A stretch of 63,987 nucleotides of DNA, filler included, from Neolecta irregularis DAH-3 (Eukaryota): the NCBI GenBank assembly GCA_001929475.1. It is 20 parts of 20 records of this genome, joined end to end, with 100 filler letters (N's around TTAATTAATTAA, not from the genome) between each part and the next. Parts side by side here need not be neighbours in the genome. Positions count along the whole stretch, not along the records: positions 5,801 to 16,118 come from LXFE01000195.1; positions 16,219 to 18,518 come from LXFE01000196.1; positions 18,619 to 19,665 come from LXFE01002564.1; positions 19,766 to 21,607 come from LXFE01002566.1; positions 21,708 to 22,941 come from LXFE01002568.1; positions 23,042 to 32,002 come from LXFE01000197.1; 14 more parts are not named here. The stretch is one strand, 5' to 3'. Below the pieces are notes generated by a model. It had not been told where the DNA came from and did no database searches. It saw only the letters and a list, made by a program, of their open reading frames with translations. Below, one piece after another: positions 11,935 through 24,016 of this stretch. Position numbers and translations under genes: made by a program. Within the stretch, counting starts at the first letter, position 1. Each line of letters opens with the position of its first letter.

Positions 11935-12541
11935 CTTAGGTGGTTGATCTCCTGTTCCTAAACTTAATTCAAGAGCTAACTCCAATTCCATATATGCACG
12001 TCCTTGAGGGGAATCTATCCATTTATTTGCAGTTTTGCTCCCGGTAGTTTGATCGATAGTATAAATCGTTGACCACTTGCCTGTTTGTGGATTACGTCCC
12101 CGCGCAATAATTTCTGGATGACGATGAAATAGTCGTCTTTTAGGCTATATCTATAAGTTGAGATTGTGATGCGATTAACTCACCATGAATAGAATGGCAT
12201 CTGGATATAATATTTCCAGGTCTGGGATCCGGTGTGTTGCTGGGAGCATCCCGGACATATTGCAGAAGCGTTTGTACTGCTGTCAGCTTCGCGATTATCT
12301 TCCGTCTAAACTACCTTTTCATAAGTAAATTGCTTCACTTCTTCTAGATTGAAATAATTCCGCGGAGCCGGAAAATGTGTCTGATAAGCCTCTTCCCACT
12401 AATTTTAAACGATATTCGCAGTGTAGTGAATACAATCCATGCAAAAGTATCCTGGACAGCAAGGTATTTCTGAGAACCTTTTAGTGCCGCCATGCTACTC
12501 AAACAAGAAGCAATAGTGATGTGAAGAGGCCCAAGCTTCAT
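11935..12541 (-). CDS. Possible small multi-exon hypothetical gene
   Basis: Open segments (WEEAYQTHFPAPRNYF..., PKRRLFHRHPEIIARGRNP...) separated by short GT..AG segments; boundaries uncertain. Confidence 0.3.
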
Positions 12542-13174
12542 AGCGATGGTAAGGTGGGAAACCGTATTAAGGCAGTGTCGACTACCTGAAATATCATCGG
12601 CGCATGATCATGGTTAAGGTTTGTTCTTAGGAAATTGCTATCGGTGCCCATGTGGATAAGACATTGTTTGTAAAATGAAAAAATGCGGGGAAGAAAGTCA
12701 TGAAATTCAAAATCATGATAAAAATTAGAAAAGGAAAGGAAATTTGGAAATTATGCTTCTTTAGAATAAAGCATTGAGTAACTAGTCTGGTCAGGTACGT
12801 AGAAGTAGTTTCGGAAGTATAAGATTTCTCTTTGTCAAATACGAGACTGATGAGAAAAATTGGATAAACATCGACGTGGCTTACGTACCTAGAAGGAAAC
12901 CCCCGGAAAATTCGCCAGTTATTCAAATTCCTGCTGGGAGACTGTCGTCGGAGACGATTCTACCCTTTGCGCCAAAGCCTAACTTTGTTTGCAAATAGAT
13001 TATTTCAAAAGCGCCTAACGCTACAAAAGACCGGATAGGTAGAGTGGTGATAATAATATTGACCCATTGTAAAAATATGCTTGATTCCAATGACTGACCA
13101 AAGGCGGGATACCGAAAACAAAAACAAAAACTCCTAGGTACTATGCGAAATAGAAAAGAAGTATATAGCACAGC

Positions 13175-15675
13175 TCAAGAAAGCTCTGGACTAATTTGTG
13201 GAATAGGACTTTGGTCTATGGCCCTGTCCTTTATCGCCAGCCAAACTTCCGGATCTGTACAAGCACCGAGAGCGCGCTTCATGTGACTGGTAGTGAACGT
13301 AAGTCCGACTTGGTAACTCGCGTTGACCCAGCCAAAACCCTCGCGGGCGACTCCTCGGAAATCGAGACCTTGATTTCCATATTCGGCCTCGACACGATGT
13401 GGATCTACGGAGCGCGTGACATCATATTTTTCTACGATGACGCCATTATAGTCTACAAAAGACTTCGTAATCATGTAAAGCCAACGATAAACGAGCCGGC
13501 GAGCATCGTCAAGGTAGCCATAACGTTCGAGCCCAATCCATGTAAGCATTTGGTGAGGAGCCCAGCTGGTATTTGGTAAATTTATAGCTATAAAGAAAGA
13601 AGTCGCACCCAAAAGGCCAGTCCCATTGTCGACTCGGCCCATCGAGGGCAACCATTCCGCAAGACTCTTTGCTTCCTGCAACAATACCACCACGAGCTTC
13701 GAATTTAGGTAGACCCATTTCAACCATCTTTGCGGCTTGCCGAGGAGAAGCAACACCGCTCCATAAACCCCAGAATGTGGTAGCAGACTCGTAAAGGCAC
13801 TGCACCTTCTTGACAGTATCGTAATCGAAATATATACCCTTGTCTTCGTTCCACAGGTATCGATCAATGGCAACTTTCCTGCGCTGAGCAGCTCTTTGCC
13901 AGAATGCGCTACTGTGACAAGTCCCATTAGGTAAAACAAACTTATTCCCAAAATATTTGAGGATAGTTTCGGCAATGTCAATTTCGTACTTGTATAAGAG
14001 CGCGTTGAGATCAATGGTTGCTAAATTCGCGCATCTGCCTTCAAACCGGTAAGTCGTATCATGCCCAGATTCACGAACAGCTCGGTCGTGCAAGAAATAT
14101 TCGTCAAGTTGTGGTTCGTGTACAGTTCCGTTATTATATGCAACCTGGAATTCTTCGAAACTCATGTTGTATTTCATTGCATATGGTTCGAGAAGATGAA
14201 AGAAGTGGGAAGCTTCGGTTTCGGGAGGAATTCCAAGGCCGTCGGGCCGATACCGTGATAAACCAGTACTGACATCAAGACGCGGCTTCGCTGTCCATAT
14301 AGTTTCATATTCCTTGATTGCTGCAGCAATGGCACGTTTGAGAAATTCTAGAGAACCAGACTCATGGGTGATTTTGGAGTAAATTCGTAGAGCCATATCA
14401 GTAAGGAAAGGTGGTTGCGAGCGGCATAGATAGTAGGATCTATCAAGCTATAAGCTGCGCAGATAGAAAAGGGCGGGCATACCGATTGGCATTGAGAATT
14501 TTTCCGTAGTGCTTGATTTCAAAGATAAAGTTTTCAACCATGCCCTTTGCAAGATCAATCCTATCATCGACGATAAGTCCAAGAGATTCCATGTAGCTGT
14601 CCCATCCTGAGACTTTAGAATGCAGGAAACATCTTGTACATACCGTACAACTCGTTAAATCTTCCACCAGGGACAACGAAGGGAACACCTCTAAAAGTCT
14701 CCTCGCCACTGGAGTCTGTATACTTCTCCATCTGTAAAGCCAAGATACCAGGCTTATCGTTTAAGCTCTTAACGTATTCGGGGGTGATAATTTCTGGTAA
14801 GAGTACAACATCCAAATTCAGCTGAGACTGTTCGACAGCTGCCTTCTTATAATATAACAAGATTTCCGGTTCATTAGGGGGAACATAAACACGAGGATTC
14901 TGATTGTCAGAGCGATTCTTGGGGTCAGAACAGATAAGCTCAATAGAGGCGGCGTCAATTCGTCGAGTGAGACCATCCCAGAAAGAGTGTTTTATGAGAC
15001 GCGTCAATCGATTAACAGGATTTTCGTTGAGCCGAGCCTAAGGTTAGTTAGAACAAAGTTTAATGGAAGAGACTACCTCGTCAAGAATGATATACTTTCG
15101 TCCATAGTCTCGTGCAAGGGTAAGTTCCTGCAAAAGATTGGACAGCATATAAGTCCCACGAATATCAAATCTATTGAAACCATTGCTGTTCGCGGTACCA
15201 AGTGTAAGGACCTTTGGGCCGACATCTTCAATAGTGATTTGATGGTTTCCATCAGTGTCTAAATATAGGGGTCAACATACAATCCCGTATTTGAAAATTT
15301 TCGTACCTTCGGATTCTAAGAGGAGCTTTGTGGTAGTCTCAACGTCAATAAGGAATTTTCTTGGAAACTGTGTATGTTCGTCTTACAAAGAATCAACACT
15401 GATGGTGAAAGCGCTTACCATGACTTCCCCTTCGGCGTAAATCTGCTTTTGCTATGACTTTTTCTTTTACTTCTAGTTTGGCAACCGTTGGGTGTGTCTG
15501 ATGACGGTTAGAAGTGTGACGAAAAGAGTAGACTGGGAAATACGATAGACAGGGTTCGGGAACGGTTGAGTTTTAGAGACGTTGTAATGTCCATGTCGGT
15601 CCCATAGTATATGCTTGCTTCAGAAAACGGGTCGATGAGTGCTCCTCCCGAAGAAGCTCGCTTGTGATTCGGCAT
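13175..15675 (-). CDS. NTH1: Neutral trehalase (GH37)
   Basis: DPF...IYYG N-terminus, Ca-binding [52 protein letters not shown]. Confidence 0.97.
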
Positions 15676-16289
15676 AGCAGTGTCTGGAAGTCAAGGTTGA
15701 ATGGGTGTTTGAGTAGGAGATGAAAAAAGGGATGAAAAAAGGGATGAAAAAAGGTTCGGATAACGCGTAAGAATCGGGTCGGTGGTGAGGCCGAATATTT
15801 AAGATGATTATGGCTTCGGTGACTGCTGACGACCGACAAGACAAATTTGTAAACTCTATAAGAGGGGGCGACGGATTCGGTTATTTACAAGCCCAAACAA
15901 TTACATGCGAATAATGATCAACAATACTACAGCTATTCATGCAGTTTGCGGTGTTTCTCCATTAACCGGACTATATAAGTTCTTTTGAAATATTCTCCAA
16001 TCGATTAACTGGTTTCAAACTTCATTGCATCCTGTTTGTTTTACAGCTTGTTAACACACAGGCTGTAGTTGTAGCGTCTTTGAGGTTTTAAGGATTCTGA
16101 AAACATAGAGGAAAAAGANNNNNNNNNNNNNNNNNNNNNNNNNNNNNNNNNNNNNNNNNNNNTTAATTAATTAANNNNNNNNNNNNNNNNNNNNNNNNNN
16201 NNNNNNNNNNNNNNNNNNACTAACATATGACTGTGTGTGTAACCATCACACTGAGCTACACACCTAGCTAGTCAATCCTTACACCCCAT

Positions 16290-17507
16290 ACATCAAAGAC
16301 GATAGTGCTTAGCATTAAAATCATATTCAATACCAAGTGCTTCCATGCAGGTATCATTATGTGATGCATTATCTATAACAAAGTAGCCTAGCTTTTCAGC
16401 CAAGCCATATTCCATAATGATATCTTTGATTGACTCAGTGATATTTTTGCCAGTATGAATACCTTCCTGTTCTGGCATACAAAGGAGGAAGCTTTGAAAC
16501 TTGAGATTCTCATCTAGGAAGTGAACAACAACACCTGCATAAATATTAGTTATAAATCATTAAGTAGGAAGTTAAAATTTTACCAAGAAAGGCAATCATA
16601 TTGCTCGAAGTCCATAAGTCAATGTACATATGAATTTGCCCAATTGAATTTTGAAGAAGCTCAGTAATTATACCCTTGTGTTGCCAATACTCATTGAGGA
16701 TCATCTTCTTTGTTGTTGAATGTGTAGGGATGGCCTTTGACTTAATAATTACCTCATTGGCACATTCCATAAGATCATAGAACCTAGAGCTCTTGATCTT
16801 ATAGAATGGTATGTTGTCATATATAATCCATGTGATAAGAAGCTGCTTAAAATGTGTAGGATTGAAGTTTCTAATTAGAGTATTCATGATTCCTTGTTCA
16901 CAGGTCTTTTTGGTGTTGAGCTGCAAAAGTTCAAAAATACCTTTTCTTTTACCCTCAACAATATCCACCATAGTACCACCTTTTTCTCCTATTTGATGCT
17001 TATTGATGAGGTGTTTTTTAATGGTATCAGTATCAGCAGAGATGTAATAGTGTTTCTCATGAGATTTCTGTTTGTGGCAGGTTTTTCAAAGCCAATACTT
17101 GTGCTTTTCCTTTTGAATTTCATACCCATGTTGCCAAAACCACTTCCACTGATCTGAAGTGAAGGGAATGTGATATCCAGGAAGGCGGATCCAATCAATA
17201 CCCTCATAAGAAGCAGTTGTAGTATGAGCTTGGTATAGAGGCTAGTTATCACTAATATCCAGATCTTTATTCAGGTCTGTAGTCTGCAACTTAGTTATAA
17301 CAATAAGATTTGAAGAAACCAATGTCACAGCTGATGTATCATCAATAGACATAGTATCTGACATTTTGGCAACAGTTTAGATAAGTTGAAGATATGAAAG
17401 AAATGTAGAATGAAGAATTTCTGACCACAACAGTAAAGGCATATAGTATAATTATATTAATTCATATTTTACTGGCCTGCCCCCATCTACCTTAACCTGC
17501 AGCCCTA
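16290..17507 (-). mobile_element. Decayed hAT DNA transposon with intron-containing transposase
   Basis: DLWTSSN..AFLG-intron-VVVHF, HTG.NI, VIDNASHND motifs; terminus TAGGGCTGCAGG on minus strand at 17507; frameshifts and near absence of CpG. Confidence 0.85.
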
Positions 17508-17768
17508 TGTTATGTTCTCATGCTTGCAATAGCCAAATGGGCACACTGTGCTAGAGCAGGGGCCAAACATGCACTAGGGTAGGTAACTGTTCACACTGTT
17601 AACTGCAAGTGAGGAACAAGCCAACAAAACAAAAAGACAGCTAACCCTGCCTTGCCCACCTCGCCTCTCCTGTACCACCCGCCCACCTTCCTCCCTCTCC
17701 TCGCCTCTTCCACTTTGTCCTCCTTGCCTGCCTCGCCTTGCCTCACCCTCCTTGCCCTCCTCACCTGC

Positions 17769-18518
17769 TATAACCAGCTCCTCTTTATAGAAGCTGATTA
17801 GCGATGATATGTGGAATTTTTGTGCTCGCTAATCACCACAGTTAGTAACCCTTCTCTTTAACCTAGCAGGAGTCTTAAAGGATTGCTCCTAAGACCAATG
17901 AAAGGTAGTGACGTTTCCCCAGTCCTAGGGAGACTTATTTCCCCAGTATGGCAAAAATAGTTAGACTTAAGCAACTGAACAGGTTCAACTGCACACTTAC
18001 ATTGAAGTAAGGCTAGGTAACTTTTGTAGCAGTTGTAAGGTATAACTATGTATAATCCTTAACTTTCAATGTATATATCAAAGAGGTAGGAAACTGGTTC
18101 AACCAATATACAGTAAAGTACTATTGGCCACTCTGTTTTACTCCTAAGGTCCTCTTGAGTATACTCTCAAGCTCCAGATGTATTCCCTCTGAGGGTTTTT
18201 CACAGGCAACCCTTAAGCCTGACAGTCTTCTAACTAGCCCTGAGCCATAGTATCCCAAAAATGCATGGATACAATAAGTTAGGACCTGAGAACAGTGGTG
18301 AAAGTCAACTGAGTATACTTTGCTATGCAAAGATGAATATCACTGAGGGTCTTTTCCTAGGCTCCCTCAATCCCAACCATTGCAATGACCCTGTAGGCAA
18401 GCTCAACCAATAATACACAGATATAAGATCAGGACCTCAAACTCTACAGACTCAGGCTAACTGAGTATCACAGGCAAGATTTTATGTGCAACAATTGACA
18501 ATGTATTAATCACACAGA
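17769..18518 (+). mobile_element. Degenerate LTR-like repeat; second copy of its start at 48472-48536
   Basis: 65-nt alignment with 48472-48536 has 9 differences, all transitions. Confidence 0.6.
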
Positions 18519-18760
18519 NNNNNNNNNNNNNNNNNNNNNNNNNNNNNNNNNNNNNNNNNNNNTTAATTAATTAANNNNNNNNNNNNNNNNNNNNNNNNNN
18601 NNNNNNNNNNNNNNNNNNAACAGTAATAGAACATAGTACAATAGATAGAAAGGTAGTAAGCATATATGCTTACATTCCTGGATTCGGAAATCAGAGCTGA
18701 AAAGAACAGCTCCGCGGATGATTGAAGAATTTGAATCTGCGAACGTTTCACAGGGGGGAC

Positions 18761-18935
18761 TGTAAGGAGCGCGCATGGGGTGGTTAGTATGAACACCCAA
18801 TGCGGTAAAGTGGGAGAAGGTTCGGGAAGATACCAGAACCTTCTGGCATAATGTAGGCCGCTAATTAGCGGCCTAGTATTGTATTTATATTAGATAGTGC
18901 TGGCTCTCAACCTCCTTGTCTTAGTACAAGTGACA
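18761..18935 (+). mobile_element. LTR (TG...CA) preceded by polypurine tract
   Basis: AGGGGGGAC|TGTAAGG ... CAAGTGACA. Confidence 0.6.
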
Positions 18936-18978
18936 CTGACAGCCAGTATTCTGACTGTCCAGAAGATACAGCAGTATC

Positions 18979-19476
18979 TTACAGGTAGTTGGCCATAAAC
19001 TCTTGCCTGGATATGAAGACCATGGCTTGCCTGACTTGAGGGTCTCTTACTTCCATGTTGGATATCCCTTGTTGAGCAAATATTTGTTGAATGTAGATAG
19101 CAAAGATAGCTGTGACTGATCTCCCTGATTCATCCTTATAGATAGAGTCAATTGCTTCTTGGATGTTGGGAAACTTTAACTGCCTGAGCCTGATCATATG
19201 TTGGTGGTAGAATCCTCTGATGTGATGGATCCTCTCTTCTTCTGTCTCTGCTTGTCTGAGGTGAAGATGAATCTCTGGGTCAAAGTCTGCCAGAGCTCTT
19301 CTTCTGTATCTGTCAATAGCTTCTGCTGCCACTCTGCCTAGGATTGGTGTCTCTGATTGTAATGTTTCTTCCAATTGTTCAATGATAAGGTTATTGAGAT
19401 CCTGATTGATTTCCTGGTAACTCCCAATGCTGATTGTTGATTCTTGTTCTTCCAGTGTTGAGTGATATGATGAGAA
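18979..19476 (-). CDS. CpG-free open frame between two LTR-like elements (repeat- or virus-derived?)
   Basis: About 165 open codons, no CG dinucleotide seen in 18936-19499, no ATG start. Confidence 0.35.
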   Translation of the reverse strand, partial: FSSYHSTLEEQESTISIGSYQEINQDLNNLIIEQLEETLQSETPILGRVAAEAIDRYRRRALADFDPEIHLHLRQAETEEERIHHIRGFYHQHMIRLRQLKFPNIQEAIDSIYKDESGRSVTAIFAIYIQQIFAQQGISNMEVRDPQVRQAMVFISRQEFMANYL

Positions 19477-20043
19477 TCAAACAGTGCTTGATGAATCATT
19501 GTCACAGCAGTATCACTTGGGGATGAATTCCCCCTGAAATAATTGTATAATGCGGTCCGGGGAGCTGGTGGCTTTGTCGACGAATTAACTCTTGGGTAGT
19601 TCGCCGAACCAGGTTATGTAAAGTTAACCAAACTTGCTGAACCTGGTATACTTTGCAGAACTCCTNNNNNNNNNNNNNNNNNNNNNNNNNNNNNNNNNNN
19701 NNNNNNNNNTTAATTAATTAANNNNNNNNNNNNNNNNNNNNNNNNNNNNNNNNNNNNNNNNNNNNCCCTTTGTCGTTTCTTACAAGTACAGGCATCATTG
19801 ATCCTGATCAAGAAGGCAGCGGTGTACAATACGGTGACACAAAATGGCGATGGAAGAATATTGATCACGCAAGGAAAGACAAGGGGTGTTCATGTTAAGT
19901 TGGCATTTTTCGCACCGGTCTCATGATGCATTCATGTATATATACGTTAGATAAACTTTATAATTCCCTCGATGTCAGATACTATCGCTCTAGCTGTTCA
20001 AGCTGAATCCCAATCGCATTATCGTCCTCAGTCTGCATCATTT

Positions 20044-21603
20044 CTATTTGAAATCTTTATATGTATACTTTTCAACCCATTTCACGGGATATCTCCTACG
20101 CTTTACCTGGGGTTGTCTAGCTTCAACCAACCCGCGTTCTAAAATGCTATTGTACCGATCCCGAAAGAGATTTCCCTCGGGCTAACATAATCAGCCTGTT
20201 TCACTCAACGAGAATCTCACTTTAAGTGATCGAAAGTCAGCCGCCAATTCATCAGAGAGCTGGATCTCAATAGGACGTTGCAGTATACTATTCTGTAAGA
20301 AACGGGTGAAAATTGGTCAAATATACCTTATNNNNNNNNNNTTCAACGAGAATCTCACTTTAAGTGATCGAAAGTCAGCCGCCAATTCATCAGAGAGCTG
20401 GACCTCAATAGGACGTTGCAGTATACTATTCTGTAAGAAACGGGTGAAAATTGGTCAAATATACCTTATTTTCCCGAATTTTCGCTTTCGTAGCACCAAT
20501 GGTTTGTCTTCAGCTACATCCTCTACTTGATTGAACGTTATTCCATCGTTTTGGTTTGGAGATTCAATATCAGCGGCTATTTCATCCACTCGCTCTACTT
20601 GCATAGCCAGACATTTTCTCCGCGCATTTTCCTGTTCTTGTCGCATCTAGAACTCAGAAATGAAAAAAGATATTTGGATATACCCGTGCAGCTCGTTTTG
20701 CTTCTTTATTTCTCTGTACTCTAGTCTTTCTCTTAGCCGTGGCTTTCTCTTCTACAGCCAGTTTCTCGGTGTTCATGTCATCATCAACCCGCTCCTCTTT
20801 AGCGTGCAACTGCTCAAGAGATTCCTGGATTTCCGTTGCATGATCTCTTATTCTCATTGCCTGGGGAACTTTTTCAGTGATGGACTCGGCAGTTTTGTGG
20901 ACAAGATCGACCCACTCTTGAAGCACAGGGTTGTATGACATGCCTATACTAAGTTGTGCTTCTTGAAAAAGTTACCTCTATCTGCAATCTGTATAGCTGG
21001 AATCTTTTGTGCATTTTCTGCAAGCCTGACTGGTGGATGTTGTAAATGTTTCACCGTCATGTATGACTCTACAGGCAAAGACCAAATATCTCGGGATGCA
21101 TGAAATTCTCGAGCAACCATCGCTGCCTGTGTCTTTGCTGATCCGGCAGTCATACCACGTTTGGCGATGAGTTTCAGTCGCTCAAGCTCAACACGCGAAA
21201 TTTTCGAAATTTTCCCTGACGGTCTAGGCAATCCATCAGTAACCAGCCTAGATGATTTAGACGAGATGCTAGTTAAAGATTTGACAGCAGAACGAGCGGC
21301 AAGGATTTCGTCGACTTTGAGCGGTTTCACGGAACGTAGATGATTTTTTGCAGCATTCTTATCTCCGCAAACATCGATAGCAAATAGCTGCTCATTCGGT
21401 TTCTCATTGATCACACCTCTAATATCTTCAGTAAAAGAAATTTCCAAAATATATATATACCCTAAAATAATTTCCTGCCGTATCTCTTCAATCCCGAATT
21501 CGATTTGCTCGAGATCAATATGCTTCCTCCAGGCCTTTTTGCCTTTTCTTGAAGGTTGTTTCTTCTGGGAAGGCTTTCCGCTACCCGCACTCAAAGTTGA
21601 CAT
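20044..21603 (-). CDS. NOP53: 60S ribosome biogenesis protein Nop53
   Basis: QPSRKGKKAWRKHID, LFAID, PLKVDEIL, SYNP..QEW, C-terminal WVEKYTYKDFK; assembly duplication around the N10 gap at 20332. Confidence 0.93.
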
Positions 21604-22201
21604 AAATNNNNNNNNNNNNNNNNNNNNNNNNNNNNNNNNNNNNNNNNNNNNTTAATTAATTAANNNNNNNNNNNNNNNNNNNNNNNNNNNNNNNNNNNNN
21701 NNNNNNNCCCTCTCACTCTATCCCGCCGCCGGGCCTCGCCGCAGACTCTGCCGCCATGCCCGGCAAGTCACCGTCCACCATCGCCGCCTTGGTCTGCTGG
21801 CCATACTTGCACTGGTCGCTCAGCCCGCAGGCATCCTTGTTGGCACTCAGCCCGTCTCGAACATACTCCTTTGAAGGTTAATAAGGCCTCCACTGACTCA
21901 AAACATTTTGGGTAATCTCAGGAAAGAACCAAGTTGGCGAACACGATGCTAACAACTTCCGCTCCTGGAATACTATAAAAAGCGAGGTTTGATAGTCGGT
22001 CAAAGGAGCAATGAGCAACGTGATCTAGCCACAGCTAGAGGCAGTTATAAGCTGATGCAAGAATATTCGTCAACTAATATTTAGATTCGAGGGCGATTTG
22101 GATTGCTGCCACCGCACTAACCGAACCGTCCCAAGATATAATTTGTGGCACGTAATGAAATATATTTATTACACAAAATTTTCAAGTCTCAACTTTTTAA
22201 T

Positions 22202-22878
22202 TAAACCCCTAATCACATCAGCCATGAATTTCTTCCAATTATTAACCGTGAAGCCATCTATTATGACAAAGTGAGCAAGTGGTCACCCTGTCTACAAGTA
22301 ATATATATCGCAACAAAGGAAGAACGTACCTTTCGACGAGTGATGAAAATCTTCGACAGTAGCTTTCAGGATCTCAGAGTATAAAGCTATCCATCTTCAG
22401 CTTTACCAGCTCATCATTCTCCGATTCCTGCCGTGCGTCCCAGATATCCTTGAGTTTGCTCTGCAGAGAATCAACAGCAACCCCAGTTACTCCTGCCATA
22501 GTTCCAGCAACGCTTTGGTAATCAGCCTCAACGGCCTTGACTCTTGTCTCAATTGTGTTGCTTCATACAATCGGGTTCGGCAGTTCGATCCTTGAGCGCC
22601 TGTTCGGCCTGTTGAATGAAAACTTGCGAGGGACTGCACGGGCGATGCGAGGTGGACGTGACACGGGTTGTGGGGCGGGGCACGGGCAAAGGAGTGGGGG
22701 GAGATGTCTGCCACGAGGTGGACCGAGTACAGCGGGCACGGCTGGACGGCGGTGGAGAGGGCGATGCTTGCGGAGGAGCCGGTGAGGGCGGGGAATATGA
22801 AGGCAGCACAGACTGGCAGCAGCTCCAGGTGGCGTAGGTCAGACTAGCCAGTGAGCATGAGGAATTGATGCTTGCCAA
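22202..22878 (-). CDS. Hypothetical Pro/Ser-rich protein, model uncertain
   Basis: Open frames with intron-like GTACG..TAG segments; no recognised domain. Confidence 0.3.
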
Positions 22879-23041
22879 TCAATTCAATCAATATATTGAA
22901 CGGTTGATTGATTTGCAAGCCTGGTTTTATGAATTTGGGTANNNNNNNNNNNNNNNNNNNNNNNNNNNNNNNNNNNNNNNNNNNNTTAATTAATTAANNN
23001 NNNNNNNNNNNNNNNNNNNNNNNNNNNNNNNNNNNNNNNNN

Positions 23042-23295
23042 ACGTACTTGACTAGGTAAGTCTAACAGCCGTCTTTATATACAATCTCTTCCAAGCCTCT
23101 ATACCTAGTTGGTAGCCGTATTGGTAAGGGTATACCCGAGGGGTATATCCTTACACGAAGCCTCATTTACACGGGGTGACTCGTCAGCATGCCCTATACT
23201 CCCGGTACAAAGATACTCTCGTGGAGACAGGAAGTGACGTAGGAAGCCGGACTGTACAAAGGTAAATAGGATAATTATAAGTGAGACTGGTGACA
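23042..23295 (-). mobile_element. LTR-like repeat; related segment at about 39593-39630
   Basis: Starts TGTCACC on minus strand; shares GTAAGGATATACCC..CGG.TATACC.TTACCAAT with the 39.6-kb insertion. Confidence 0.5.
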
Positions 23296-23440
23296 ATAAA
23301 AATCGCGGAGGGTGAGGGGAGGAAGGGGCTTCAGCGATTTTGGTTGTAGCATTTCTTTATAACAGGTGCAAGTCTGTTTGGAGCCTTAACCACCACTTCC
23401 CCTAATTACCCCTCCAAACCATGCGCGGAGTCTCGGTTTC

Positions 23441-23941
23441 ATGACATCAGTAGAGATAACCAGCCGAATTAACCATTTAAATAATGCAGCCTATGCTTTT
23501 TCCTCCATATCCCCACACCTCGCCGCCCATCTAATGACAAAATGTTTACAATTTGCTGATGAAAAGAACGTGAAACTACATGAATCGCATCGAACGAAAG
23601 CGTGTGGGAGTTGTGGAACAGTGTTTTTACCGGGGTGGACAAGTACCTTGAGAACCAGAAATTTGTCAAGGAGGAGAGGAGTGAAAGGGGATAAGTGTCT
23701 TGAGATTGAATGTAAGATATGCGATCGCGTTACTCGGTCAATGATACCTTCGCCTCCGAAAAAGAATAAGAATAAAAGTACGGCTTCAGGGGATAAAAGT
23801 GAAGTGACAGAGTCGAAATCGGGTGGCACCAAGAAGCGGAAGAAGAAAGGGAAGACAGCTGGATTGGCTGAGATGTTAGCAAAGAGCAAAATGCAGAAGG
23901 AATCAGCAGCTGGGTTCAGTATATCTGATTTCTTGGCTTGA
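23441..23941 (+). CDS. RPR2: RNase P subunit Rpr2/Rpp21
   Basis: RINHL..AA, zinc ribbon CGSCG..FLPG and CKICD, basic tail ending FSISDFL. Confidence 0.85.
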   Translation: MTSVEITSRINHLNNAAYAFSSISPHLAAHLMTKCLQFADEKNVKLHESHRTKACGSCGTVFLPGWTSTLRTRNLSRRRGVKGDKCLEIECKICDRVTRSMIPSPPKKNKNKSTASGDKSEVTESKSGGTKKRKKKGKTAGLAEMLAKSKMQKESAAGFSISDFLA

Positions 23942-24016
23942 GTTTCAGTAAAACATGGAAAAACGGTCGACTTGTCAATATCATTATGTAATACATACAG
24001 AAAGTACAAAATCTAT

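Noticed and set aside
8599-15675. Fragmented ORFs suggesting frameshifted pseudogenes or recoding
   Set aside because: Breaks are explained by short spliceosomal introns
20204-20469. Tandem duplication inside NOP53
   Set aside because: Near-identical copies flank an N10 gap: unmerged scaffold overlap
21708-22140. Possible spliced gene fragment at contig start
   Set aside because: Intron-like signals are present but I could not build a recognisable product
23491-24009. 172-aa antisense ORF over RPR2 (and similar shadow ORFs over NTH1, COG5, CYC2)
   Set aside because: Antisense shadows of real genes with no independent motifs
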